Shown here piece after piece: positions 17,290 to 25,689 of a stretch of DNA of 64,000 nt. The notes beneath the pieces were generated by a model that was not told where the DNA came from, did not search any database, and worked only from the letters and a program-made list of their open reading frames with translations. The stretch covers positions 75,211 through 139,210 of the IMG/VR virus record IMGVR_UViG_3300027970_000001; one strand, 5' to 3'. This DNA comes from a virus. Position numbers and translations under genes: made by a program. Positions within the stretch are counted from its first letter, which is position 1. The number at the start of each line of letters is the position of its first letter.

Positions 17290-19011
17290 TCAGCGTGCCT
17301 CTCTGCTCGTCCGGCGCTTCCGGTTCTTCTCGATGCCGCGAGAGCTGAGCCAGTCGAGGACATCCTGAAGGTCGGTCGACTCGTTGACATCCATGCCCTC
17401 GGTTTCTTCGGGCGAGATGCCGCGATCGATCAGCCTGCGCACCGTCTCCGGCGTGAACTCGGTGTCCGACCCGTCCGCAGCATCCTCGGTCATCCACTCG
17501 AACGCCACGTCGGGAGAGATGCCCTGCTCCGCCCACTTCTTGACGTCTTGGTAGTCGAAGGTCGGGTCGACTTCGATGAATCCGGTCGCAATCCAGTCCT
17601 CCGCAGGGAACACGAGGAGCCCCTTCGATCCCTCGCTGTCGGGGTAGAAGCCCTGGTGCCTCCACACATCGGAGATGGCTTTGCGCTTTTTGATCTGAGC
17701 TGCGCTCATCGAAGGCGGCGATACGTCTACGCCTGGGAGTGAAGCCTGACCGGCGGGCGAGAAATATGGCGCAGCGGCGGCAAGACTTGATGCGATGCGG
17801 CCGGTCTTGATCAGACCTTCCGTCCTTCGGCCACCGTCGTCCTCTTCGATGGCTCTCTGCACCGCCCACGGGAAGTCGCGGAACTCTGCTGGCGAAACGT
17901 CTTCGCCAAGCATGCTTTTGACTGACTGATACGCCGTGAAATAGACTCCTTCGTCCATCCACTCCATGAAGTCAGAGACGTTGCGAACGACCTCAAGCCA
18001 CTTCGTTGCGTAGCCCTCAAGGTGCTCTTCGTCGATCCAGTCGACGTTTTTCTGTGCCCAGTCGACGATCGCTTGAATGTCAGGCGGGAGCTTCTTCACG
18101 TTCAGCGTCGCCATGAAGCTATCGACGTACTTCTTGTACTTCTCGGCAGGCGTCTTGTTCTGCTTGCCGAAGGTCTGGATGGCTTTGTTGAGGTTCTCGT
18201 TCCACTCGATCGTGACGTGCGGAAACCCCTTCGGGTCGCGGATGGAATAGAGCACCGAGTCGCTCATGCGAGCGCGACCGCAGTGCTGCATTGCATCCTT
18301 CTCTTCTTCGCAGTAGGTGCCGGGAAGTAGCTGAACGGTCCAGCCGTCGTCGAAGGTGTGGGCAATCTCGTGCTGCGTGGGAGGCTTCTTGCCGGACGAG
18401 TCGAAGTCCTCGATCGCCTCCTTCACTTCGTCGAAGCTCATCGACGTGAGGTTCGGCTTTTCCTTCTCGGCCCACTGCCCGATCGCAGTGCCGCGCGTCT
18501 TGAAGAACCGAACGGCCTCAACATACTCGCGAGCCTCTTCGATGATGTGGGGCGCAATGCGATCGCCATCGTCTCGCCGCGTGGCCTGGAGGGCAGTCAC
18601 GACAGGCTTGGCCTTGTCTGCCAACTGCTTGGACATCCAAAGGAACGTGCCCTCGGACTGGTTGCGCTCCTTGAAGCCTCGTAGCTCGGAGACCATCTCG
18701 ACGAGGATTGGCGTGGCTTCGGCCACCTCGTTCTTGAGTGAGGTGAAAAGCGGTTCGGTTGTCGTGTAAATGACCCTCTCGATGAGGCGGCTGGCTCGGT
18801 ATGCCGAGTTGATCTCAGCAGCGTCGTCGGACATGGCGGCTTCGCCCATCGCCTTAATGGCGGCGTCGGTGACGGCCGTCTTCCAGCCGTCTTCGCCGAC
18901 GGTGTGGGCGATGACGTCGATCATGGAGAACGTCACAATCGGGTACTTCGCGTACTGCTTGGCGATGTACCGAAGCCGGTCGGCCGGCGGATTCTGTTCA
19001 AGCCTGGTCAT
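17290..19011 (-). CDS. PcfJ-like domain protein with basic C-terminal tag
   Basis: GWTV...EKDAMQHC...LYSIRDPKGFPHVTIE...QTFGKQN; ends IEKNRKRRTSREAR. Confidence 0.75.
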   Translation of the reverse strand: MTRLEQNPPADRLRYIAKQYAKYPIVTFSMIDVIAHTVGEDGWKTAVTDAAIKAMGEAAMSDDAAEINSAYRASRLIERVIYTTTEPLFTSLKNEVAEATPILVEMVSELRGFKERNQSEGTFLWMSKQLADKAKPVVTALQATRRDDGDRIAPHIIEEAREYVEAVRFFKTRGTAIGQWAEKEKPNLTSMSFDEVKEAIEDFDSSGKKPPTQHEIAHTFDDGWTVQLLPGTYCEEEKDAMQHCGRARMSDSVLYSIRDPKGFPHVTIEWNENLNKAIQTFGKQNKTPAEKYKKYVDSFMATLNVKKLPPDIQAIVDWAQKNVDWIDEEHLEGYATKWLEVVRNVSDFMEWMDEGVYFTAYQSVKSMLGEDVSPAEFRDFPWAVQRAIEEDDGGRRTEGLIKTGRIASSLAAAAPYFSPAGQASLPGVDVSPPSMSAAQIKKRKAISDVWRHQGFYPDSEGSKGLLVFPAEDWIATGFIEVDPTFDYQDVKKWAEQGISPDVAFEWMTEDAADGSDTEFTPETVRRLIDRGISPEETEGMDVNESTDLQDVLDWLSSRGIEKNRKRRTSREAR

Positions 19012-19439
19012 GTCCGCACCTCCTCAACCTTGCGCAGCCCCTTGATGATGTCCGACACGCGCCACGCCCACTTGTACCGCTCGTAGGGGGAGTCGAGGTC
19101 GAAATCGTCTTTGATCAGGAGGACTTCGCCGTCGTAGCCAAGGCCGTTGACCAACCGTTCGACCGGCCCACGCAGCTTCATCGGAGCGATGATGTAGGGC
19201 AGGTCGTTCACGGCCACGACCTCGGTGGCCTTGGCCTCGCAGTAGGCGTACTTGCTCGCGAAGTCGGTCATCCCCTCCGGCTTTGAGAGAACGCCGAACT
19301 TCGCCTCGGTGATGTCTCGCTTCCACAGGCGCGAGATCTTCTTGGCTGCCGCTCCGAGCTGCGCCGTGGTCTCCAAGACCCGCATCAAGATGGAGGACGT
19401 GTACCCATCCACCCACTTCTGCTGCTCTTCTGTGAACAA
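19008..19439 (-). CDS. hypothetical protein
   Basis: Coupled to the downstream gene; coding-like. Confidence 0.6.
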   Translation of the reverse strand: MFTEEQQKWVDGYTSSILMRVLETTAQLGAAAKKISRLWKRDITEAKFGVLSKPEGMTDFASKYAYCEAKATEVVAVNDLPYIIAPMKLRGPVERLVNGLGYDGEVLLIKDDFDLDSPYERYKWAWRVSDIIKGLRKVEEVRT

Positions 19440-19490
19440 GGTCGGCTCTCCGGGTAGTCGTCACGATGGGTAGCGCCGGGATGATAGCTC

Positions 19491-22400
19491 ATGTCATCAT
19501 CATTGCCCATGGCTACCAAGCGTACGTCCCGTCGCCCCGTGTCCAGAAACGCCGACGGCGGCAGCCTCGCCGTGCCCCCCGATCCGGCTTTCATCGAACG
19601 CATCGAGAGCGTGGACGATCACCTTTCGACGCCGGGCCAGTATTACACGACGACCGGGCAGCAGGCGTACCTCGTCGCGCGCTCGATGACCTGGCACCCG
19701 ATGGTTGAGGCCGGCGAGGAGACCTACTTCGCAGAGGGGTCCGTCTTTCACTGGACGGTGCTGGCCGATGAGAAGTCGGCCACGTCCGACGTGCTACCGG
19801 TCGAGCTTCTGAACGAGAAGGTCCAGATCGAGCAACTGTCTGATGCTGTGTCCAGGCTTGGAAAGAACGCCATGCGCCGAAACGGCGATGAAGGCGGCGA
19901 GGACTGGGGCGTCACGGAGAGCTACTTCCTCGACAAGCTGGATGCCTATGACCGATGGGAGTCGGCTTTCTGGCGCGAACTGCTGCAAAACAGCAGGGAC
20001 GCCGGAGCGACGAAGATCGAGCTTTCCTCCGAGGAGACGACCTATTCAGATCCGGCGACGGGTGAAGGTCTGCCGGCGGTGCTTTGCGTCTGCCGCGACA
20101 ACGGCGTCGGCATGGACAAGGAGACGCTCAAGCGCGCCTTCTTCACGCTCGGCGGCTCGATGAAGCCGGCCGGCGCGGTGGGCGGGTTTGGGGACGCCAA
20201 AGAGCTGATCCTCACGCCGTGGTACCGATACGAGGTCCGCACGCGAGGCCTGCTGGCCATCGGGCAGCACCAGCGCCTCTTCGCCCCGGGGATTCGGAGC
20301 GGTGAGCCGTTCGTTCAGGGCGTCGAGATCCGCGTATGGATGCCGGTCCACAAGAGCACGAACGACAGCTACGCCGTCGGAGTGCTTGAAAAGAGCCACC
20401 TGATCGGCATTCGGGTTACGGTCAACGGGCAGCGAGTCAGCGCCGACCTGATTGGCGGCGACAAGGTCCGCGAGCATCCGATCACGATCACCACGTTCAC
20501 CGTGTCGTGGTCGGAGCGCGGGGAGGGGCGAACCCAGAGCTTCGCGTACAGCGACGAGTTCTACGAGTTCACCAATGGGCTGAGCCGCAAGGGCATCGCC
20601 TACGACACGTCCAGAGAGCAGAAGGAAGTCGGCAGGATGGAGATCTGGCGTCAGCCGCGCTCCAAGCGCAACGGCTGTTTCGTCCGAGGCTCCGGCGTGT
20701 TCATGTTCGAGAAGAGGGTCGACGCCAACATCAAGGGCGCCATCTTCGTCGACATCACCGCCCCGCCGCGCGGCGTTTTCACCCGCAAGCGTGACGCTCT
20801 CGCAGCTTCGTCCTCGGCATCAGGGTTTCTCAACGCCTACCTCGAAGAGCTTGCCGTCGATCCGATGAGCGCCCTGAAGAAGCAGCGGGCGGAGCGGGAC
20901 AAGGAGCGGACGATCTACACGGGCAGTGGGCCCCTGGACGTCCGCAGTGGCGAAGGCGCAGCCGTTGCCGAAGAAGAGCGAGCCCGCCGCATGGCCAAGG
21001 CTTCCAAAGTGGGAGCCGACCTCGCATCCCGTGTCGACCTGAGCAAGTCCAAGTCGAAGAAGGGCGGCGGCGTCGAGCTAACCGACCAGCAGTTCGATGC
21101 CATCTCCAAGGGCGTCAAGGAACAGCTTGAGCGGGACCAGGAGGAAGCTGACAGGCAGCAGGAGTCGCAGGGCGGGGAGCGCGGCCCTGACCTTGTGCCG
21201 CTGCCTGAGACGTTCGATGCCGTCGCCAAGAACGTCACTTTCGTCAGCCATGAGCAGCTTGCTGGCGCGCTCCGGTTCGCGGCGTGGAAGCCCGACCTGT
21301 TCGTCTACCAGAACCTCGACAACTGGAAGATGCCCAAGGACTTCAATCCGCTGACGATGAAGCCGAAGTACCTGAAGCTCATCCGTCTGTGGTCGGAGCT
21401 GTGCAAGTACGCTCTCGTTCGGCTTGGCATGTTCAAGCCATTCGGCGTGGGCTGGATTTTCGATACGGAGCGAGACGAGTCCGGCAACGAGATGGTGCTC
21501 GGAGCGGGGTACCTGCGCGAGGCTGACACGGACTGGCTCCTGCTCAACCCGGTCAAAATCAGGCGCACGAACGCATCCTACGAGGAATACCCCGACTACT
21601 CGGTGGAGTCCGACTACTACAACCTGAGCGACGATGCGTCGATCCGAAGGCTTTGCGCTAGCGTGATCCACGAAGTCACGCACATGCAGGGCTTCGGCAA
21701 GCACGACCAGAAGTACGCGTACGCCTTGACCGACAACATCGAAATCGCGTTCGGGATGGAGAAGGCCGCCAAGAAGATCTTGACCGGCGTCAACCGCGTC
21801 GTCCGCGAAGAGGTCAAGGAGCGCAAGGCGGCCAAGGAGGTCGAGTCTCAGATCCCGTGGGACGCGCTAATCGGCAAGGCCATCATGGCGGTACGAATCG
21901 GCCACAACGCCGGGTTTTCCTATTCGTCTCCCGAGGAGATCTCCAAGGGCAAGCCCAGCGTTGCCGAGCTTGTTCGTCTGCTGAGTCAAGGGCCGTCGAA
22001 GCTCGCCGACCCGTACCGAGCCGAGCGCGTGATCAACGAAGGGGAGAGGATCTACAGCTCGTCGGACGTCAACCCGCGCGTGTTCCTGCGGCTCTACGAA
22101 GCCCTCCGTGACAAGGGCCTGCTGCCAGCCGTCTCCAACGAGCAGGCGTCCCAGTACACCAAGAAGGCGTTCATTTACGGGTTCGATCTTCCCGACCCGC
22201 GCGATCGTGGCGAGGTCGAGGTTCCCTCCAGCGTGGGCGTCTACAACGTCACCAAGCGCACCAAGGGCGGCGAAACCCAGTGGGTGCTACGCGAGGGCTA
22301 CTCCGGCCTGCGAGGCAAAGAGATTGTGTCTGGCAAGCTCTGGGGTGGCGACCAGCTTGTCGATCGGTACCGCTACAACGACCACCTCTTGGCCGCGCGC

Positions 22401-22940
22401 CCCGACGGGCTGTGGGTTGTCTGGGCTCCCATCGAGGGCTCATCTACCGAGTACAAGGGCTTGCCTTCCGAAAAGCTGGAAAGGGTGCTCAGTATCAGTG
22501 CCTACGCTGACATCAACCTTTCAACCCAGGATAAGGCGAACTGGAACTTCTACACCTACGGCTGGAATGGCAAGATCGCGTCGCAATACTCCGGCGCTCC
22601 CGGCACGCCCTCGATGCTCTCGGCGGCCGAAGCTCAGGGCAACGCGATGACGCAGATCTCTGCGGCGATCGGCAAGACTCCACAGGCCGCTCGCATGCCC
22701 AGGGGAGCCTGGCGGTCGTCCGGGGGAGAGCACTTCTTTGGGCACGACGTCGAAGGAGAGAAGAGGGTCTCGCTCGGCGAAGTGGTCCGCGGCAATGACC
22801 GCCGCTGGCTCGCTTACATCTGGGCCGGCGGCTACTCCGATGACAATCAGGAAACCACGTGGAGCGAAGAGTACGACAGCCTGGAAGAGGCCAAGCAAGC
22901 CGTCGAACAGCAGTCGATGAAGCATCCGCTCAGGACCTGA
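19491..22940 (+). CDS. GHKL (MORC/Hsp90-like) ATPase fused to an HExxH metallopeptidase-like domain
   Basis: RELLQNSRDA (N box), DNGVGM (G1), GGFGDAK (G2); IHEVTH; N-terminal KRTSRRPVSRN and MRRN. Confidence 0.85.
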   Translation: MSSSLPMATKRTSRRPVSRNADGGSLAVPPDPAFIERIESVDDHLSTPGQYYTTTGQQAYLVARSMTWHPMVEAGEETYFAEGSVFHWTVLADEKSATSDVLPVELLNEKVQIEQLSDAVSRLGKNAMRRNGDEGGEDWGVTESYFLDKLDAYDRWESAFWRELLQNSRDAGATKIELSSEETTYSDPATGEGLPAVLCVCRDNGVGMDKETLKRAFFTLGGSMKPAGAVGGFGDAKELILTPWYRYEVRTRGLLAIGQHQRLFAPGIRSGEPFVQGVEIRVWMPVHKSTNDSYAVGVLEKSHLIGIRVTVNGQRVSADLIGGDKVREHPITITTFTVSWSERGEGRTQSFAYSDEFYEFTNGLSRKGIAYDTSREQKEVGRMEIWRQPRSKRNGCFVRGSGVFMFEKRVDANIKGAIFVDITAPPRGVFTRKRDALAASSSASGFLNAYLEELAVDPMSALKKQRAERDKERTIYTGSGPLDVRSGEGAAVAEEERARRMAKASKVGADLASRVDLSKSKSKKGGGVELTDQQFDAISKGVKEQLERDQEEADRQQESQGGERGPDLVPLPETFDAVAKNVTFVSHEQLAGALRFAAWKPDLFVYQNLDNWKMPKDFNPLTMKPKYLKLIRLWSELCKYALVRLGMFKPFGVGWIFDTERDESGNEMVLGAGYLREADTDWLLLNPVKIRRTNASYEEYPDYSVESDYYNLSDDASIRRLCASVIHEVTHMQGFGKHDQKYAYALTDNIEIAFGMEKAAKKILTGVNRVVREEVKERKAAKEVESQIPWDALIGKAIMAVRIGHNAGFSYSSPEEISKGKPSVAELVRLLSQGPSKLADPYRAERVINEGERIYSSSDVNPRVFLRLYEALRDKGLLPAVSNEQASQYTKKAFIYGFDLPDPRDRGEVEVPSSVGVYNVTKRTKGGETQWVLREGYSGLRGKEIVSGKLWGGDQLVDRYRYNDHLLAARPDGLWVVWAPIEGSSTEYKGLPSEKLERVLSISAYADINLSTQDKANWNFYTYGWNGKIASQYSGAPGTPSMLSAAEAQGNAMTQISAAIGKTPQAARMPRGAWRSSGGEHFFGHDVEGEKRVSLGEVVRGNDRRWLAYIWAGGYSDDNQETTWSEEYDSLEEAKQAVEQQSMKHPLRT

Positions 22941-22953
22941 CGGCGACGGGCGC

Positions 22954-23460
22954 TCACCCCGCCTTCCGAGCCCACTGCTCTCTCACTTCTTGCATCTCGA
23001 CCGCGTCCCTGGCGGCCCGCTCGAAGTGATTGTCGAGGTACGGCGCCCCTCCAAAGATCCACGCCACAAGCGACGCCCCCGAGTAGTTCAGCAGGGGCTG
23101 CAACAGCACAAGCAGCAGCCCGATCGACCAGTGAGCAGAAAAGCAGAGCGCCACAGCAGCCGGGATGGCCGCGATTGAGCCGGCCCTCGCCTGGGTGGTG
23201 TGCTCAAGCTCGTGCATCAGCGTCATCTCTCCCGCCGTGGGAGAGAGCATCACGCCGTAGCCCATCGAGAAGCCGGACCAGTGCTTCCACCAGGTCCTGA
23301 CAGGCCAGCTATTCTCGTCGAGGCGCACAATCGCGACGCCGTCGCTGATGGTCAGGGACTTGCCCCAGGCAGCCCTGACAAAGAGCGCGAACAAGTAGCC
23401 TGCCACCACGCTGGGCAGGCAAAGAAGCATGACAAGCGCGATCCTGGCGATTCTGGGCAT
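22954..23460 (-). CDS. membrane protein with HExxH motif
   Basis: TM segments; MHELEHTTQ...YLDNHFERAAR; TAAGGT 6 nt upstream. Confidence 0.65.
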   Translation of the reverse strand: MPRIARIALVMLLCLPSVVAGYLFALFVRAAWGKSLTISDGVAIVRLDENSWPVRTWWKHWSGFSMGYGVMLSPTAGEMTLMHELEHTTQARAGSIAAIPAAVALCFSAHWSIGLLLVLLQPLLNYSGASLVAWIFGGAPYLDNHFERAARDAVEMQEVREQWARKAG

Positions 23461-23508
23461 TCTCGAACCTTACGGAATCCAAGGGCCCAAGTCCACGCCG
23501 CGGGCTAT

Positions 23509-23673
23509 CTACCGCGCAGCCATCGTCTCTTTGAGCCGCTGGAACAGAGAATCGAGCCTGTCGGCGGACCAGTCCTCGGGGTGCGTTCGGCAGTGCTCTG
23601 CGTACCACCTCTCCCACTCGACTGTCATCTCTCCAAGCAGGACGGTCAGGCGCCTGCGATTGTCATGGTCCAC
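23509..23673 (-). CDS. 54-aa hypothetical protein
   Basis: GTG-started ORF MDHDNRRRLTV...KETMAAR filling the gap; below the ORF-track cutoff. Confidence 0.45.
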   Translation of the reverse strand: MDHDNRRRLTVLLGEMTVEWERWYAEHCRTHPEDWSADRLDSLFQRLKETMAAR

Positions 23674-23685
23674 GGGATTCCTCGG

Positions 23686-24957
23686 TCAGCGGTCGTGTTC
23701 GTAATCATGGCCCGGCACGACGCCGCTGTCGCTGGCATTGCGAAGGTGCGGCTCGATCCAGATGACCCGGCGCAGCAGTCTTGCCTTACCGTGCGCCTGC
23801 CTGCGCCAATGCCCCCGCACGATGATGTCATGAGGCAGAGCCGCGCAAGAAAGCCGCTTGGACTTCCGTCCAACGTCCCAGGACGCGTACTGACCAGCCC
23901 GGTGGTCGAGCCTGATCTTGACCAACGTGCGCTTGGACTCGGCCGCCTCGACCGCTCCTCCCCATGTCCCCTGGCCTCCCGATGATGGCTCGATGTCGGG
24001 GCTCGGGCTCGACAAGAACAAGCAGAAGTTCGCCATGAACTGACGCAGCATGCGACAGCCCTCTTCGTACCCATAGCTGCGCCCAAGGAACCTAACGGCA
24101 TCGTTCGAGGCCATGTCTCTGTGGATGGGGATGAGACGCTCGTCCACCGACTCGGCCAGCGACTCCAGCCCTTCGTACAGGCTCATGGACATGTGAGTGA
24201 CGTTGTCGTCGCCCGTAGTGGCGCTGTCCTTCTTGGGTTCGCCCCAGAACACGCCGAAGAGAGACCTGCCCGACATATGCTCCCGCGAGGCCAGGTACCC
24301 GGGCACGTTGCCCTCAGACACGCCCACGAGAGTCACATCGTGATGACCCGTCGACTCGTTCTTGATGCTCAAGATCCCAGGGCTGAAGCTGATGTAGAAG
24401 CCCGGAAAAGGTAGCTGCACGTCCGACGGCTTCAGGCCCGCCACGTCGGTCAGCAGCAGGTTTTCCACCAGCGCGTCGGAGACGTTGAAGACGTTCGGCC
24501 TGGAAAGCCGGTTGGCCCTTGAGAAAACGAACGACGCGTAGAGAAGCGGCTGAACCCCAGCGACCAGCAGGCTCATGGACTCCCAGGACTCGGGCATGTG
24601 CTGCTGAGCCTGAGGAATCATGGTCGTCATGCCGGCCGCTGCGATGTCGATGGCGGCGTCCTGGTGCTTCCATTGCCGGCTGACGATGTCGGGGGGACAC
24701 TCGAAGTGTTTGTCGAACCCGACGATGCTCATGCCAGAAGCCTCCCAGACACTATTCATGTACTGGAGCTGCTGCTTTCTCTGGATAGACTTTCCAGCCT
24801 TCCAGTCTCGCTCGATTTCATCGTGGGCGCGCATGATCTTACGGCGCACGCTTCGATCGTCGGTGTCGGCGAAGCACGAGAGCGGCTCCATGCCCCTGGC
24901 CTTGCGGAGAGCCTTTTCCGTGATGGTGACGAGGACTTGAGTGTCGATCTTTTCCAT
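23686..24957 (-). CDS. conserved phage-type hypothetical protein
   Basis: C-terminal H..VRGHWRRQAHG...IWIEPH. Confidence 0.75.
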   Translation of the reverse strand: MEKIDTQVLVTITEKALRKARGMEPLSCFADTDDRSVRRKIMRAHDEIERDWKAGKSIQRKQQLQYMNSVWEASGMSIVGFDKHFECPPDIVSRQWKHQDAAIDIAAAGMTTMIPQAQQHMPESWESMSLLVAGVQPLLYASFVFSRANRLSRPNVFNVSDALVENLLLTDVAGLKPSDVQLPFPGFYISFSPGILSIKNESTGHHDVTLVGVSEGNVPGYLASREHMSGRSLFGVFWGEPKKDSATTGDDNVTHMSMSLYEGLESLAESVDERLIPIHRDMASNDAVRFLGRSYGYEEGCRMLRQFMANFCLFLSSPSPDIEPSSGGQGTWGGAVEAAESKRTLVKIRLDHRAGQYASWDVGRKSKRLSCAALPHDIIVRGHWRRQAHGKARLLRRVIWIEPHLRNASDSGVVPGHDYEHDR

Positions 24958-25019
24958 GTCGAGTACGTCTGATGTAACGCACCCGCTGGAGAGCGCAAGG
25001 GCCTTGCGCTCTCATCGTC

Positions 25020-25682
25020 TCACGGAGCTTCTTTTCGTTCGCTGAGCCACGACTGATACGCGTCGGACTCGATGGAGCCATCGTCTTTGGTCCGGCTCCA
25101 CAGGCGGCGCTCGCCGTGCCGGTGGTTCTGCTCGACGCTCATCCCGGCTGCGGTGGCCAGGACGTGCAGAGCCTCGTGGACGCAGAGAGAGCCGTGGGCG
25201 ACGCGGATGAAGGACTCGCGGATGTAGAAGATGGGGCATCCGCTGCCGATGCGCTGAGGCGTGCGGGTCTGAAGCGCGTTGGCGTGGTCGGCGATGGCAG
25301 CCGTGCCGTCGAGCTGATCGAACAGCCGCGGCGACAGGAACACGACGCGGACTTCACGAAGCTCGTGGTGGGCGTTGGCCCTGGTCGAAAACGGCGCGTC
25401 TGCTGGGTCCAACTGAGCCCTGGCCCAGGCTTCTGCCGCCTTCAGCACGGCGGCGTGGCAGTCCGAGGCCAGGTCCGCATCAACCTCCCTGTCCGGGTCG
25501 CCTGGAGAGCCGGAGAAGGGGTCTTTAGCCCAGAGCACGTGAAGGGTGATCCCGTCGCTGGTGACGGTTTGGGAGCTTCCACGAGGCAGGCGGGGAGTGA
25601 ACCCGGTTGCTAGAAGCCAGACGATTCCGGCCACCGCGAGAGCGGCGGCGGCGACCAGGATGACAAGAGCGGGTAGGGGCAT
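25020..25682 (-). CDS. N-anchored membrane protein with HExxH motif
   Basis: N-terminal TM; CVHEALH. Confidence 0.6.
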   Translation of the reverse strand: MPLPALVILVAAAALAVAGIVWLLATGFTPRLPRGSSQTVTSDGITLHVLWAKDPFSGSPGDPDREVDADLASDCHAAVLKAAEAWARAQLDPADAPFSTRANAHHELREVRVVFLSPRLFDQLDGTAAIADHANALQTRTPQRIGSGCPIFYIRESFIRVAHGSLCVHEALHVLATAAGMSVEQNHRHGERRLWSRTKDDGSIESDAYQSWLSERKEAP

Positions 25683-25689
25683 GGTTTCC

